DNA from: Eledone cirrhosa
Lineage: Eukaryota
DNA length: 64,000 bases
Reading direction: 5' to 3'
NCBI GenBank assembly: GCA_964016885.1
Contig: OZ024740.1
Span: 80,290,001-80,354,000, forward strand
Both the position numbers and the translations under genes were made by a program. Below are positions 36,571 to 48,742 of this stretch, in pieces; position 1 is the first letter of the stretch; the number at the start of each line of letters is the position of its first letter. The notes below the pieces were generated by a model. It searched no databases. It was not told the origin of the DNA and saw only the letters and a program-made list of their open reading frames with translations.

Positions 36571-39070
36571 GGAAAACGAAAAATCAGTGATGCATCTGGA
36601 CTTAGTTTATTTCGTGTTACAAATGTTTCGCCGGCATGTAGCTCGAGTCATGGTCCTTGTATGGATCTGGCTGATTCTACTTCTGCGGGTTCTTTCAGAC
36701 ACGGGTGTTATGTCCGGAGCAAATTTTATCACTGGGGTATTATCATCAAAACAACACCCACAAAAAACCGTCTTTCCACCCTTGTCATGCCATTGGCTGT
36801 TTTTACTCCACGTCATCACAAGTTCTGATCAGTATCTGCTGCCACACGGTTCATCAACCATTTTCCGGCCGACACATTTCAATGAGGTCATGCTGGGTTC
36901 AGTACTTCACACGTCTGCTCACACTTCAGAGTAAGCACCCACACATACTAGAATACACACATAATAACACACACATATTCAGACACATACCTATCCATGC
37001 ATTCACACTCGTACGTCTACATGCGCAGACACCCACACCGCCACATACATACATCGCAGTATATATACTCACACACCCTCTCTCCCTCACTTCCATAGAC
37101 CCAGTCACACACACTTGTTGATACATGCTGCCACGAGCCTTCTGACTGTTCTGTATCAATTGGGTAAGCATGTCCTATTCAAACGTACACATATATACAT
37201 ACACATGCGCGCACACACCACATACGGCCAACCTTCTATACATTTAAATATATATATATATATATAATTAAGTTAAAAAAATTACATCTACATATGCATA
37301 CTGAAATACTAGTGTGTATATGAATACACACACGTATACATATGTATATGTAACAAGTCTTTCACTGGTTGCTTTACTGTGAGCACCCAGCTATTCTGTA
37401 TGTAAACACACAGACAAACCGGTTTTTAGAGTCATACTGGTTTTTGAGGGAACACCTTCCCTCTATTCTCCAGAAAGCCAGACAAGGAACACTGAACTAG
37501 TTTCGTTGTTGTTACAACTCATCAGCAATATTTACCTATCTACCGGCCTTTCTGGAGAATTGTAAAAGCACATATCGTTATATGCTTTTTCTATGAAAAT
37601 AAGTAGTGGGCAGACTAATTTGCATAGAGTGTGAGTACGCACCGGTTCAGCGGAGACGATAAAAACAAATGACGAAACGAAATTAAATTTCGTTTCGTTT
37701 GTAACTTACTTTTGTATGACTGACGCTTAAACAATTAAGTTAAAAAAATTACATCTACATATGCATACTGAAATACTAGTGTGTATATGAATACACACAC
37801 GTATACATATGTATATGTAACAAGTCTTTCACTGGTTGCTTTACTGTGAGCACCCAGCTATTCTGTATGTAAACACACAGACAAACCGGGTTTTAGAGTC
37901 ATACTGGTTTTTGAGGGAACACCTTCCCTCTATTCTCCAGAAAGCCAGACAAAGAACACTGAACTAGTTTCGTTGTTGTTACAACTCATCAGCAATATTT
38001 ACCTATCTACCGGCCTTTCTGGAGAATTGTAAAAGCACATATCGTTATATGCTTTTTCTATGAAAATTAGTAGTGGGCAGACTAATTTGCATAGAGTGTG
38101 AGTACGCACCGGTTCAGCGGAGACGATAAAAACAAATGACGAAACGAAATTAAATTTCGTTTCGTTTGTAACTCACTTTTGTATGACTGACGCTTAAACA
38201 ATTAAGTTAAAAAAATTACATCTACATATGCATACTGAAATACTAGTGTGTATATGAATACACACACGTATACATATGTATATGTAACAAGTCTTTCACT
38301 GGTTGCTTTACTGTGAGCACCCAGCTATTCTGTATGTAAACACACAGACAAACCGGTTTTTAGAGTCATACTGGTTTTTGAGGGAACACCTTCCCTCTAT
38401 TCTCCAGAAAGCCAGACAAGGAACACTGAACTAGTTTCGTTGTTGTTACAACTCATCAGCAATATTTACCTATCTACCGGCATTTCTGGAGAATTGTAAA
38501 AGCACATATCGTTATATGCTTTTTCTATGAACATTAGTAGTGGGCAGACTAATTTGCATAGAGTGTGAGTACGCACCGGTTCAGCGGAGACGATAAAAAC
38601 AAATGACGAAACGAAATTAAATTTCGTTTCGTTTGTAACTCACTTTTGTATGACTGACGCTTAAACAATTAAGTTAAAAAAATTACATCTACATATGCAT
38701 ACTGAAATACTAGTGTGTATATGAATATACACACGTATACACATGTATATGTAACAAGTCTTTCACTGGTTGCTTTACTGTGAGCACCCACTTGTTTTTA
38801 TCGTCTCCGCTGAACCGGTGCGTACTCACACTCTATGCAAATTAGTCTGCCCTAAGAATGGAAAGACGGTTTTTTGGGGTGTTGTTTTGATGATAACACC
38901 CAGTGATAAAATTTGCTCCGGACATAACCACCGTGTCTGAAAGAACCCGCAGAAGTAGAATCAGCCAGATCCATACAAGGACCATGACTCGAGCTACATG
39001 CCGGCGAAACATTTGTAACACGAAATAAACTAAATCCAGATGCATCACTGATTTTTCGTTTTCTTTATAT
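36566..39070. repeat. Inverted pseudo-LTR pair (36566-36777 / 38859-39070) enclosing the 467-bp array
   Basis: Arms are near-perfect reverse complements; each carries CGTGT CTGAAAGA..GAAA CATTTG TA ACACG-AAATAAA (38932-39022 +, 36613-36703 -). Confidence 0.82.
37266..38852 (-). mobile_element. Tandem array of a 467-bp hammerhead-containing monomer (putative retrozyme), about 3.3 units plus an inverted 60-bp piece
   Basis: Unit starts at 37266, 37733, 38200 and 38667; HHRs at 37489-37531, 37956-37998 and 38423-38465 read ATATTG CTGATGA GTTGT-aaca-ACAAC GAAA CTAG TT CAGTGT; inverted piece at 38792-38852. Confidence 0.85.
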
Positions 39071-39246
39071 CTACACTCTACTCTGATGAATATCAAGTGC
39101 TAATTTTGGCATACCGCCTACGGAAGCACCATAGCTACCACTATACACAAATATATATATATATATCCGTAGAAATATCCGTAGGTGTGAAAAAGGAAAA
39201 GGAAAATAGTGCGCATTCGGGAAGAGAGCTGATATATTATATTATT

Positions 39247-39428
39247 TGGATTGGCAGTATCGGTAGAGGGTCGGACGCCATGCTTTGCAGCACAGTTACG
39301 TCCCTTTACGGACTGAGTTCAAATCCCGCCGAGGTTAACTTTGCCTTTCATCCTTACGAGGTCGATAAAATAAAGTACCAGTAATGTACTGGGTAATTGC
39401 AGACCTTGTGCCGAAAGTAGAAACAATT
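39247..39428 (+). mobile_element. tRNA-derived SINE
   Basis: Matches 34301-34485 along its length. Confidence 0.85.
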
Positions 39429-39472
39429 ATTTATTTATACACGGAACAAAAGCGCTACTTAAGGTTTCAAGG

Positions 39473-39602
<130 letters not shown>

Positions 39603-40479
39603 TAAAATTTGTGATATATAGCTCTGATTATTTAATTTATTAATTCTTCATTGAGCTACAACGTGACCCGTTGCAAAACACATATATATCTATGACTTTA
39701 TATATATGTAAACCTTTATATATATATATAATAGGTAGTACGGTGAAATACTGGTGTTGGTACCAAATCAGGCACTCTATGCACTGGCAGAGTGTGTAAA
39801 ATAGAAAAAAACGAGGAAGTTTGGTTTTCATATGAAAAGTATTTATTGTGTATCGACCTGTTATGCGCGTTTCGCAGAGGTGACCCATAGGATTTATGGA
39901 CCCAACTCCAGTATCAATCTGCTCCTCAGACTGTTGATGCGACAAAAGATATATTTTTGTTGTGGTATGTGGGCCGAGAAGATATATATAGAGGCATCGA
40001 CCCTATTTTGTGTGTGTGGGCGTGTGTGTTTATTTTGGTGTAACTGGTGGAGCGGCAATGCGGGTGTGTATTCAACGATATTCATGTGCGTGATTACGTG
40101 AGCGCGCTTGCAATTAAGGATTCGTGTGTGTGTGTGTGTGTGCGTGTGGGCGCGTTTTGGAATGTGTATTAGTAAGATAAAAAACCCTTTCTTTAATTCT
40201 TTGACAAAAACATGAACTGTCTTTACTGACACGATAAACTAGCACAGGGTCGTCCAAGTGTGACACACCCCACAGACCCCTTCTTACTGTTTACACCAAA
40301 GCAAGTTTCGTGTAAATATCGAATTTTCTTGACCTTTTATAGGTTAGATATTTGGGGATTGACAATTACACGGGACTGAAATTCATTCAACAATACCTAA
40401 CTCCACATCAATAAGCAGAAGAGTAAAGGAACTAAAGATGAATACAAAACAAAAACAATAAACAAATAATTACATTAAT

Positions 40480-40635
40480 AATTTCTATTTTTGGTACAAA
40501 GCCGGCAATTAACCAGTGCATTACTGGTTTCTTTATTATATCGACCCCGTAAGGATGAAAGGCAAAGTTAACCTCGGCGGGATTTGAACTCAGACCGTAA
40601 AGGGGCGTAACTATGCTGCAATGCATGGTGTCCGA
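40480..40635 (-). mobile_element. tRNA-derived SINE
   Basis: Reverse complement of the same SINE family. Confidence 0.82.
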
Positions 40636-41501
40636 CTCTCTACTAATTACATTAACAATACCGATATTTCTTCGCATCAAACTACACAAGATGTCATAAC
40701 TCTTATAAATGATTCAACGTGTGTACATTGGAACATAACTGCGTAGAAAGATAAATTTTCTCATCGCGACATTTATGTTTGTGATAATATTTTGATACAC
40801 AAATGGTAATATATTGTCTATGAATAACTATGCTGGACTTTTACATGGCAATGGAAAGGTTTCGTCAAAAATTAAAAAGGGTCGAGTTTTGTATAGGATC
40901 GAGTTTTATACAAGTATATATGTTATATCACCAACACCACCACCACCACTATCATCATCACTTTTATCATCATCATAATTCTCATCATCATTTAACGTCC
41001 GTTTTTTTCTGCTATCAAGGTGTTGGACGGGTCATCACAGGCCAAGTTAGTAGATAATTGAAGCCACTGACAGTTATTATGCTACTGCACTTTCCAGATT
41101 GAGAAAGAATGTACAATGATGGCACCGGCACTAGAGAGGACATCACGTCTTTGAAACAACTGAAGTGTTCTCTACCCTTAGATCTTCTACGGTTGGATGC
41201 ATTTAGTCTCATCAACCACTAAACTAGAGAGGTTGTGATGCCTTTGATACACTGAAGTGTCCTCTCACCACTTTTCGCATGGTTACTGCAGCTGGATGTC
41301 ATTCCTATTACTAAAACCTTAAAGGCCGTACTGAATGCGTTTCATCGTGGTACCGGCACTAGAGATGTCATTTCTTCACCAAGACAGAAAAATGCTCTTA
41401 AACCCTATATTTTCTCTATTTTATTGCCAAAACTGTAGCCTCCAGTCTCTCACTTCACTGCTCTTAGACACACAATGTTTGTACTGGTGAACGGCTTTAT
41501 A

Positions 41502-41536
<35 letters not shown>

Positions 41537-41541
<5 letters not shown>

Positions 41542-41938
41542 TAAACGGAATAGAAAATGCTGACAAATTGTTCACAGTTGAAAAATGGTTTAATTAGGAA
41601 TAAAAGAGTATTAGTGATTGTATGGGTTAGTATTCAGTTGTGGTTTTAAGTTTTTACCGGTTGCGCATTTCTAAATGCTTTTCAAAAATAATTTTGAGAT
41701 AGAGTGTCCGTGCTGTTTGCTCTGAGAGTGTCCGTGCTGTTTGCTCTGATCAGAGCAAACAGCACGGACACTCTATCTCAAAATTATTTTTGAAAAGCAT
41801 TTAGAAATGCGCAACCGGTAAAAACTTAAAACCACAACTGAATACTAACCCATACAATCACTAATACTCTTTTATTCCTAATTAAACCATTTTTCAACTG
41901 TGAACAATTTGTCAGCATTTTCTATTCCGTTTACCAAT
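41537..41938. repeat. Spacer-less palindrome, arms about 189 bp, with a 24-bp tandem duplication beside the centre
   Basis: Centre TCTGA|TCAGA at 41749/41750; AGAGTGTCCGTGCTGTTTGCTCTG at 41701 and 41725; degenerate U3-A8 HHR (TTGAAAA GCATT-taga-AATGC GCAA CCGG TA) at 41787-41823 and on the opposite arm. Confidence 0.9.
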
Positions 41939-41972
41939 ATATAATAACTTGTGTGTTACACCTCTATTCTTT

Positions 41973-42095
<123 letters not shown>

Positions 42096-42291
42096 AGGTT
42101 AGGTTCTATACAAAACAGTGGGTATAGAGAAAAGATGAAAGAAGTTGGAAATAGCACGGGAGATATGTTTATGGGTCTGTTTTTCTTTTTTGATTCGTCA
42201 AAGTGACATCATTGAAAAGATAGTGTTATTAAAAAAAGAGGGACAATTCTTTTTTGAACATTTTTTTATGGAGTATATAAAGTGTATGGAA

Positions 42292-42334
42292 AAATTACCG
42301 GTTTCGATGTATTAAAATCCATCTTGTCAAATTC
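42292..42334 (-). ncRNA. Minimal hammerhead with U3-A8 core variant
   Basis: Minus strand GAAT TTGACAA GATG-gattttaata-CATC GAAA CCGG TA ATTT. Confidence 0.72.
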
Positions 42335-42714
42335 AGTGAAAGAAGTTAATTAAAAAGGGAGTAAAAAAAGTGTTTAAAATTAAAATTGAAATTAAAATCA
42401 AAAACGAATATTTGAGCAAAATTTCTTCCATCATGCCTTCTGAAAAGTTGGCATGGAATGAGGCCAAGTTGTTTGTTTAATCCAGTGGTCAGTAGTTCAA
42501 AAGAGGATAGGGGGTTGTAGGAGCTGACTGCTGCTGTAGGAGCTGACTACTGTGGTTTGGTTGGTGTGTGTACATACCCACACATACATACATACACACA
42601 CACAAATATGTATAGAGAGAGTGTGAGGGTGTATATACAACAGTACACACATGTGAATGTGTGCGTATATGTATGCATAAATATGTGTGCGTATATATGT
42701 GTGGGGTTGTTGTG

Positions 42715-43560
42715 TGTGTGTGTTTTTACAGTTTGTCTCTTAAAATTAATTTTCTCGGGGGCATGTAAGAAAAAATTCTTTTCTCTTCAAAATTCAGAAG
42801 ATTGGTAAAAGTTAAGAGCTGAAATCCAAAGGATTCCCAGAATCCAAAAATTTAAAAATTTAAAATTAAAGATTAAAGAAGTTAAGAGGGTCAAGATAAC
42901 TCTTCCAAAAAAACTTCAAAAAATACCTTTCAAAAGAAACCGTAAGAAGTCTTTCTCTCCAAAAAATCATTCTTTAGAAGAAATTTTTAAAAGATCTTAA
43001 AAAATCTTTTCAAAAAACGAGACACTGTGCGTGTATATATAAAAATGAATTAGTAAATAAATAAATATATACACTTAGGGAATTAAGTAACATTTTTTTC
43101 TACAAAATTCCGAAAATTGTGTGTGTGTGCTTTTACAGTTTGTCTGTTGAAGTTACTTTTGTAGAGGGGAACAAAGAAAAAATTCTTCTCTCTCCAAAAT
43201 TCAGAGAATTGGCAAAAGTTAAGAGCTGAAATCCAAAGGATTTGCAGAATCTAAGAATTTAAAAATTAAAGGAGTTAAGAGAGTTGAGAGAACTCTTCCA
43301 AAAAACTTCAAAAAGAACCCTTCAAAAGGAGCCTTAAAGAAACTCTCTCTCCAAAAGATCATTCTTAAAGAGAAACTATTAAAAGATCCTAAAAATTCTT
43401 TCCAAAATCGAAACACAGTGCGTTAATATATATAAATGAATGAGTAAATAGATAAATATATACATAAATATATACACAGAGGGAATTAAGTAACATTTTT
43501 TTTCCCACAAAATCCCCAAAATTGTCAAAAGTTAAAGGATTCTCAGAATCCAAAAGTTCA
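42715..43560. repeat. Diverged tandem duplication of an about 405-bp A-tract-rich unit plus a partial third copy
   Basis: TTTTACAGTTTGTCT and AAAAGTTAAGAGCTGAAATCCAAAGGATT recur about 407 bp apart. Confidence 0.8.
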
Positions 43561-43966
43561 AAAATTAGAAAATAATTCTTTAGTGCGTGTGTGTGTGGGT
43601 CGGGGACTGTTTGCCTGTCTGTCCAATCACTAAAACTCGAGAACCACCCAACCGAGTTTTTCAAACTTTACACATGTAATACTTATGATCCCGTGAGTGT
43701 TTTGAGCAAAAGATCTTAAATTTTCAATGCCATAGGGACCGCATTAGGCGATTTAGCGATCTCTCTCTATAATTCTTAGTCTTTCTCTTTTTAGATAGAT
43801 ACATAGATATTACGTTGCGCCCTTATAATATCTGTTTATATGCCTGGTTGTCTGCATTACGACATTATGACGCGGTGTGTGTGTGTGTGTGTTTGTATGG
43901 GAGGTGTGTGTGTGTGTGTGTATGTATATGAAAATATGTGTTGTCTGCATTACGACATTATGACGC

Positions 43967-44036
<70 letters not shown>

Positions 44037-44039
44037 CAT

Positions 44040-45228
44040 GTATATGTATGCAGATGATTGCGATCTTGTAGCGCACACAGAGAGTGATATGCAGCACATT
44101 TTGAATGCATTTTCTGACGCTTGCACTGCCCTGGGTTTGACTGTCAGTCTCAAGAAAACCGTCGTCATGTACCAACCTGCCCCTAGTAAGCAGTACACTG
44201 AACCAAACATCTATGTGTATGGCAAACGACTTGGAGTGGTTGATCAGTTTGTCTACCTGGTAAGCACTGTCAATCGATACGGCAACCTTGACAGTGAAAT
44301 CTCACTTAGGATTAGGAAAGCAAGTGATGCTTTCGGAAAGCTAGAAAGGCGACTCTGGGGTCGGTGAGACATATGCAGGAGGACAAAGGTAAAGGTGTAC
44401 AGGGCATGTGTACTCTCTTGTCTTCTTTATGCCTGCGAGACCTGGGTCACATATCGACGCCACCTTAAGCAATTGGAGCGTTTCCATCAGATGTGACTCA
44501 GACGGATCCATGGCGTTCACTGGAGGGACCACATCAGTGATGTCGAGATTTTGGAAAGCTCTATGTGTGACAGTATAGAAGCTCTTGTGCCTAAGCAACG
44601 ACTCCGTTGGAGTGGTCACCTTGCCAGGATGAAGGATTCTAGAATACCAAAACAACTCTTCTATGGAGAGTTGGTTAAAGGAAAACGACCGCCACATAAA
44701 CCAAGAAAGAGGTATAAGGATTCCTTGAAAGCCTCTCTGAAAGACGCTAACATCTCTGCTGATACATGGGAAAATATTGCTGCTGATCGTAATAAATGGA
44801 GAAAGACTGTATATGAGGGAAAAGTTGCCTTTGAGGCATCTCGAATCGCACACGAGAAAGTAAAGCGGGACGTGAGGAAGGGCATTGCTGTTGCACTTCC
44901 AGACGGCGAGGGTCCTCCTATGGTGCTGACATGCAGCGTCTGTGCGAGACTCTGCCTAAGCAAAGCTGAACTCGAAAGTCATCTTCGCAGTCATAAAGTA
45001 AGACCAGTGGTTGACTACCAGGCTGCTGTTGGAGATGCTACTCATCATGCTTGCCAAACATGTGGTAGAGAATGTAAATCAGCAGGAGGGCTCAAGCGAC
45101 ATGCAAAAGTACACGAACTCCAACCACAGCCGACTATTCCCAGTGAATGTTTTGGTTGCCGACTCTGTGCAAGACATTTTAGTTCATTGGCTGGGCTAAA
45201 AATCCACATTCGATCGCAGCACTGTTAG
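44040..45228 (+). pseudogene. 5'-truncated RTE-clade LINE: RT C-terminus plus three C2H2 zinc fingers, with in-frame stops
   Basis: YADDCDL, GLTVSLKKTVVMYQP, VDQFVYL, RLRWSGHLARMKDSRIPKQLFYGEL, RKRYKDSLK; followed by (GT)n. Confidence 0.9.
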
Positions 45229-45236
45229 TTGCTATC

Positions 45237-45288
<52 letters not shown>

Positions 45289-45542
45289 GCTTATGTGCGT
45301 GCGTGTGTGTGTATATATATATGAATATGTATATTATTATTGTTGTTGTCGTTATTATTATTATTGCTATTATTATTATTATTATTATTATAATTGTTAT
45401 TAATGTATGTGTGTGTATATGTGTGAGTGTATGTGTATGTATGTGTGTATGTATATATGTATGTATGTATATATATATATGTATATATGTATGTACGTAT
45501 ATATATATATATATATATATTTCTTTTTTTTATTTATTTTTT

Positions 45543-45575
<33 letters not shown>

Positions 45576-45703
45576 TTTTTATTTTATTTTATTTCATTTT
45601 ATTTTATTTTATTTTTTTTCTTCTCGTGCGAGGGGGCAGCCATCATATAGTGTGTAACGTTTTACGAAATATTTACTTCTGCGTTCACAGATTTATTATT
45701 TTA

Positions 45704-45753
45704 GTTTCAGAAGATCCCGTCAAGGGTGAAAACAGCGATTTCTTTGCTTAAAC
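45704..45753 (+). ncRNA. Hammerhead-like motif with CAGAAGA core, second copy of 22752-22800
   Basis: GTTT CAGAAGA TCCC-gtcaa-GGGT GAAA ACA..TGC TT AAAC. Confidence 0.5.
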
Positions 45754-46904
45754 TTTAATCTGTTATTTTAATATATATATATATATATAATTATATATTC
45801 CTGTACAGATATTTTTGCATACACATATAAACAAAAGTATTTATTTCGCGATAAAGTATTAATTTTCTTCGAACGGAAAATCCCCTGGTAACTTCTCTGT
45901 ACTGTTATTTATATATTTGTGTACAGATATTTTTGGATACACAATAAAAAAAATATAAACAAACGTATTTACTTCACGAGGCTCGAGAAGGATAAATATA
46001 TATCAAATATATAAGAACCCTAGAGCAATATTTCAAAGGTACAATAGCATTTCAGTACGTTTTCATCAGATAAAATATATGATAGATTGGATATGCGACA
46101 AACCGCTAAGGTTTTGATTATTCAATTCCTGTAGTGGTATTAATTTATTTCACCAACCCTGAACATTTTTATACCACAAATAATATGACAATCTTAGAGA
46201 AGAAGAGGACGTAAAGCAAGGTAGAAATATAGAAGGGGAGTTGAAAGGGAAGATGTGAAGAAAAAAGAAGGGAAATAAATAAAAGAAGAAAAGGGAAGAT
46301 GCGGAGAGAAAAGAAGGGAAATAAAGAAAACGAAGAAAAGGAAAGGATAAAATAAAGGGGAGAATAAAAAACCCGTTGTATTCAAAATTAAAAATTTTCC
46401 ATATTCAGTGAATACCGCTTGTATTGGATTACGCTTTAGTTATTTATAAGTTTATATTATATCCAGATTATTAAGCATAGATTAATTTCTATAGCAATCA
46501 AATATTTAAGTTAATTAAAAATTCATATGCTTAAATTAATTTAATTTAATTTAGCTCATTCTAGATTATGACAGTGTTTTATTATAAGGTAAGATATTCT
46601 ATTAATATTATACTACAAAATTAAAACAATTTATCTTTAATGTCTAATTAAATAACTATTAAATATGTATTAAAATATATTAAAATGCATATATCCCCAT
46701 CAATATATATAATATATTTTGTTAATTTATTACCTAAATTAATTCAAAATTCAATTTATGTGAAACTTCGTTATTTTTTAATTTTCATTTATTGTTTAAA
46801 AACTAACTGTGGTTATATTTACTCTCCATAAACTTTATTTCACTTAATGAATGGTTATATTTACTTCTATATTTAATTATTCTAATATATATAGTTTAAT
46901 TTTA

Positions 46905-47089
46905 ATTGTTTCTACTTTAGGCACAAGGCCAGCAATTACCCAGTGCATTACTGGTACTTTATTTTATCGACCCCGTAAGGATGAAAGGCAAAGTCAACCT
47001 CGGCGGGATTTGAACTCAGATCGTAAAGGGACGTAACTATGCTGGAAAGCATGACGTCCGACCCTCTACCGACACTGCCAATCCACCAC
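46905..47089 (-). mobile_element. tRNA-derived SINE with target-site duplication
   Basis: Same family; TATATATAGTTTAATTTTA repeated on both flanks. Confidence 0.87.
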
Positions 47090-47684
47090 CCTGTTATATA
47101 TAGTTTAATTTTATTGATAGTCTGTGTTATTAAACTATTAATTATTATTTATTAATCTATATTTTATATACGTATTTTTCCCAAGCTAATAAAAAAATTT
47201 ACGGACAATGTAAACAAAAGGAAGATAACTCTTTTACAAAGTAAAACATTTTATAACTTAGAGGGAATCTCTTCCCTCGCGTCCAGCGATATTTTAAGAA
47301 CCTTAACATATCTAGTGTATATATCTTAATTGATGTCTAATTAAATATTGAGCTATCCTAATCAATTCGTAGGATAAAAAAACTCTCAATGAGGTTATGC
47401 TATTACATATAAATATCTATAAATTATTACTTCAATTAGGCAAAATTTACATATATTCAAGGTGTTATTTGTACTTATTTTTTGGGAACTGGTACATTGC
47501 TTGGAAAGTCTTATCAATTTTATGATGACAACTACTAAATAATTCATTCTTTTTGTTGATTTTGTCATAGTTTGTGATTATTTGAAGTATTTCCTCATTA
47601 CAAAGATGGCAACATTCTGAGATTGGTGAGTTCCGGTAGGGGGTAGCAATACGTAATTTTCTCCAAGAGATGGGGTATTTAATG

Positions 47685-47719
<35 letters not shown>

Positions 47720-47720
47720 A

Positions 47721-47825
47721 TAGAATGAAACGAAATTTCATTTCTCACTCTTAGTACGGCACTTACTTAAATGTAAGTATGTATGTATACGTACATACAT
47801 ATATGTATACAGACGTACAGTAGCA

Positions 47826-47920
<95 letters not shown>

Positions 47921-48219
47921 AGGCACACATATATATATGTACGTATCAGTTTACCGTTAATTTTCATAAGGAAAGTATATACTTTCGAACGTTCAACCAT
48001 CTGGCAGAAAGGTATACGGTGCTGACGATAGCTAACAAGCTTGAAACTAGTACATCGTTCCTGTGTCAGTGTTGAACAAAACGGTGACGTGGTTGCCTGA
48101 ACACTGTACGGCGTAAATCAGGCTGTCCGTTTGTTTACAAACGAACAAAGAAAAGTGAACATGATAATAAATGTTCAGTAAACTGATACGTACATATATA
48201 TATTATATATGTGTGCCTG

Positions 48220-48263
<44 letters not shown>

Positions 48264-48537
48264 TGCTACTGTACGTCTGTATACATATATGTATGTACGT
48301 ATACATACATACTTACATTTAAGTAAGTGCCGTACTAAGAGTGAGAAATGAAATTTCGTTTCATTCTATTCCATTTATCGTTTTCGGTGTGCCTGGCCGA
48401 CTGAACTCACTCGATATGCAAATTAGGCTGCTCAGCCGTTAATTTTCATAAGGAAAGTATATACGTTCGAACGTTCAACCATCTGGCAGAAAGGTATACG
48501 GTGCTGACGATAGCTAACAAGCTTGAAACTAGTACAT
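47721..48537 (+). mobile_element. Retrozyme-like element, two hammerheads 482 bp apart, preceded by an inverted segment
   Basis: HHRs at 48017-48057 and 48499-48537 (CGGTG CTGACGA TAGCT-aaca-AGCTT GAAA CTAG TA CAT); 47721-47954 is the reverse complement of 48178-48368; shares blocks with the 467-bp unit. Confidence 0.8.
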
Positions 48538-48674
48538 ATATATATATGTATGCATGTATGTATATATATATACATATACATACTACTGTATGTCTGTATA
48601 CATATATGTATGTACGTATACATACTTATATATATATATATATATATGTTTATATAACACACACACACACACAT

Positions 48675-48742
<68 letters not shown>

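Noticed and set aside
39858-39934. Minus-strand CTGAGGA GCAGA..TCTGC GAAACGCG
   Set aside because: Triplet reads GCA and stem I does not pair; probably a decayed HHR.
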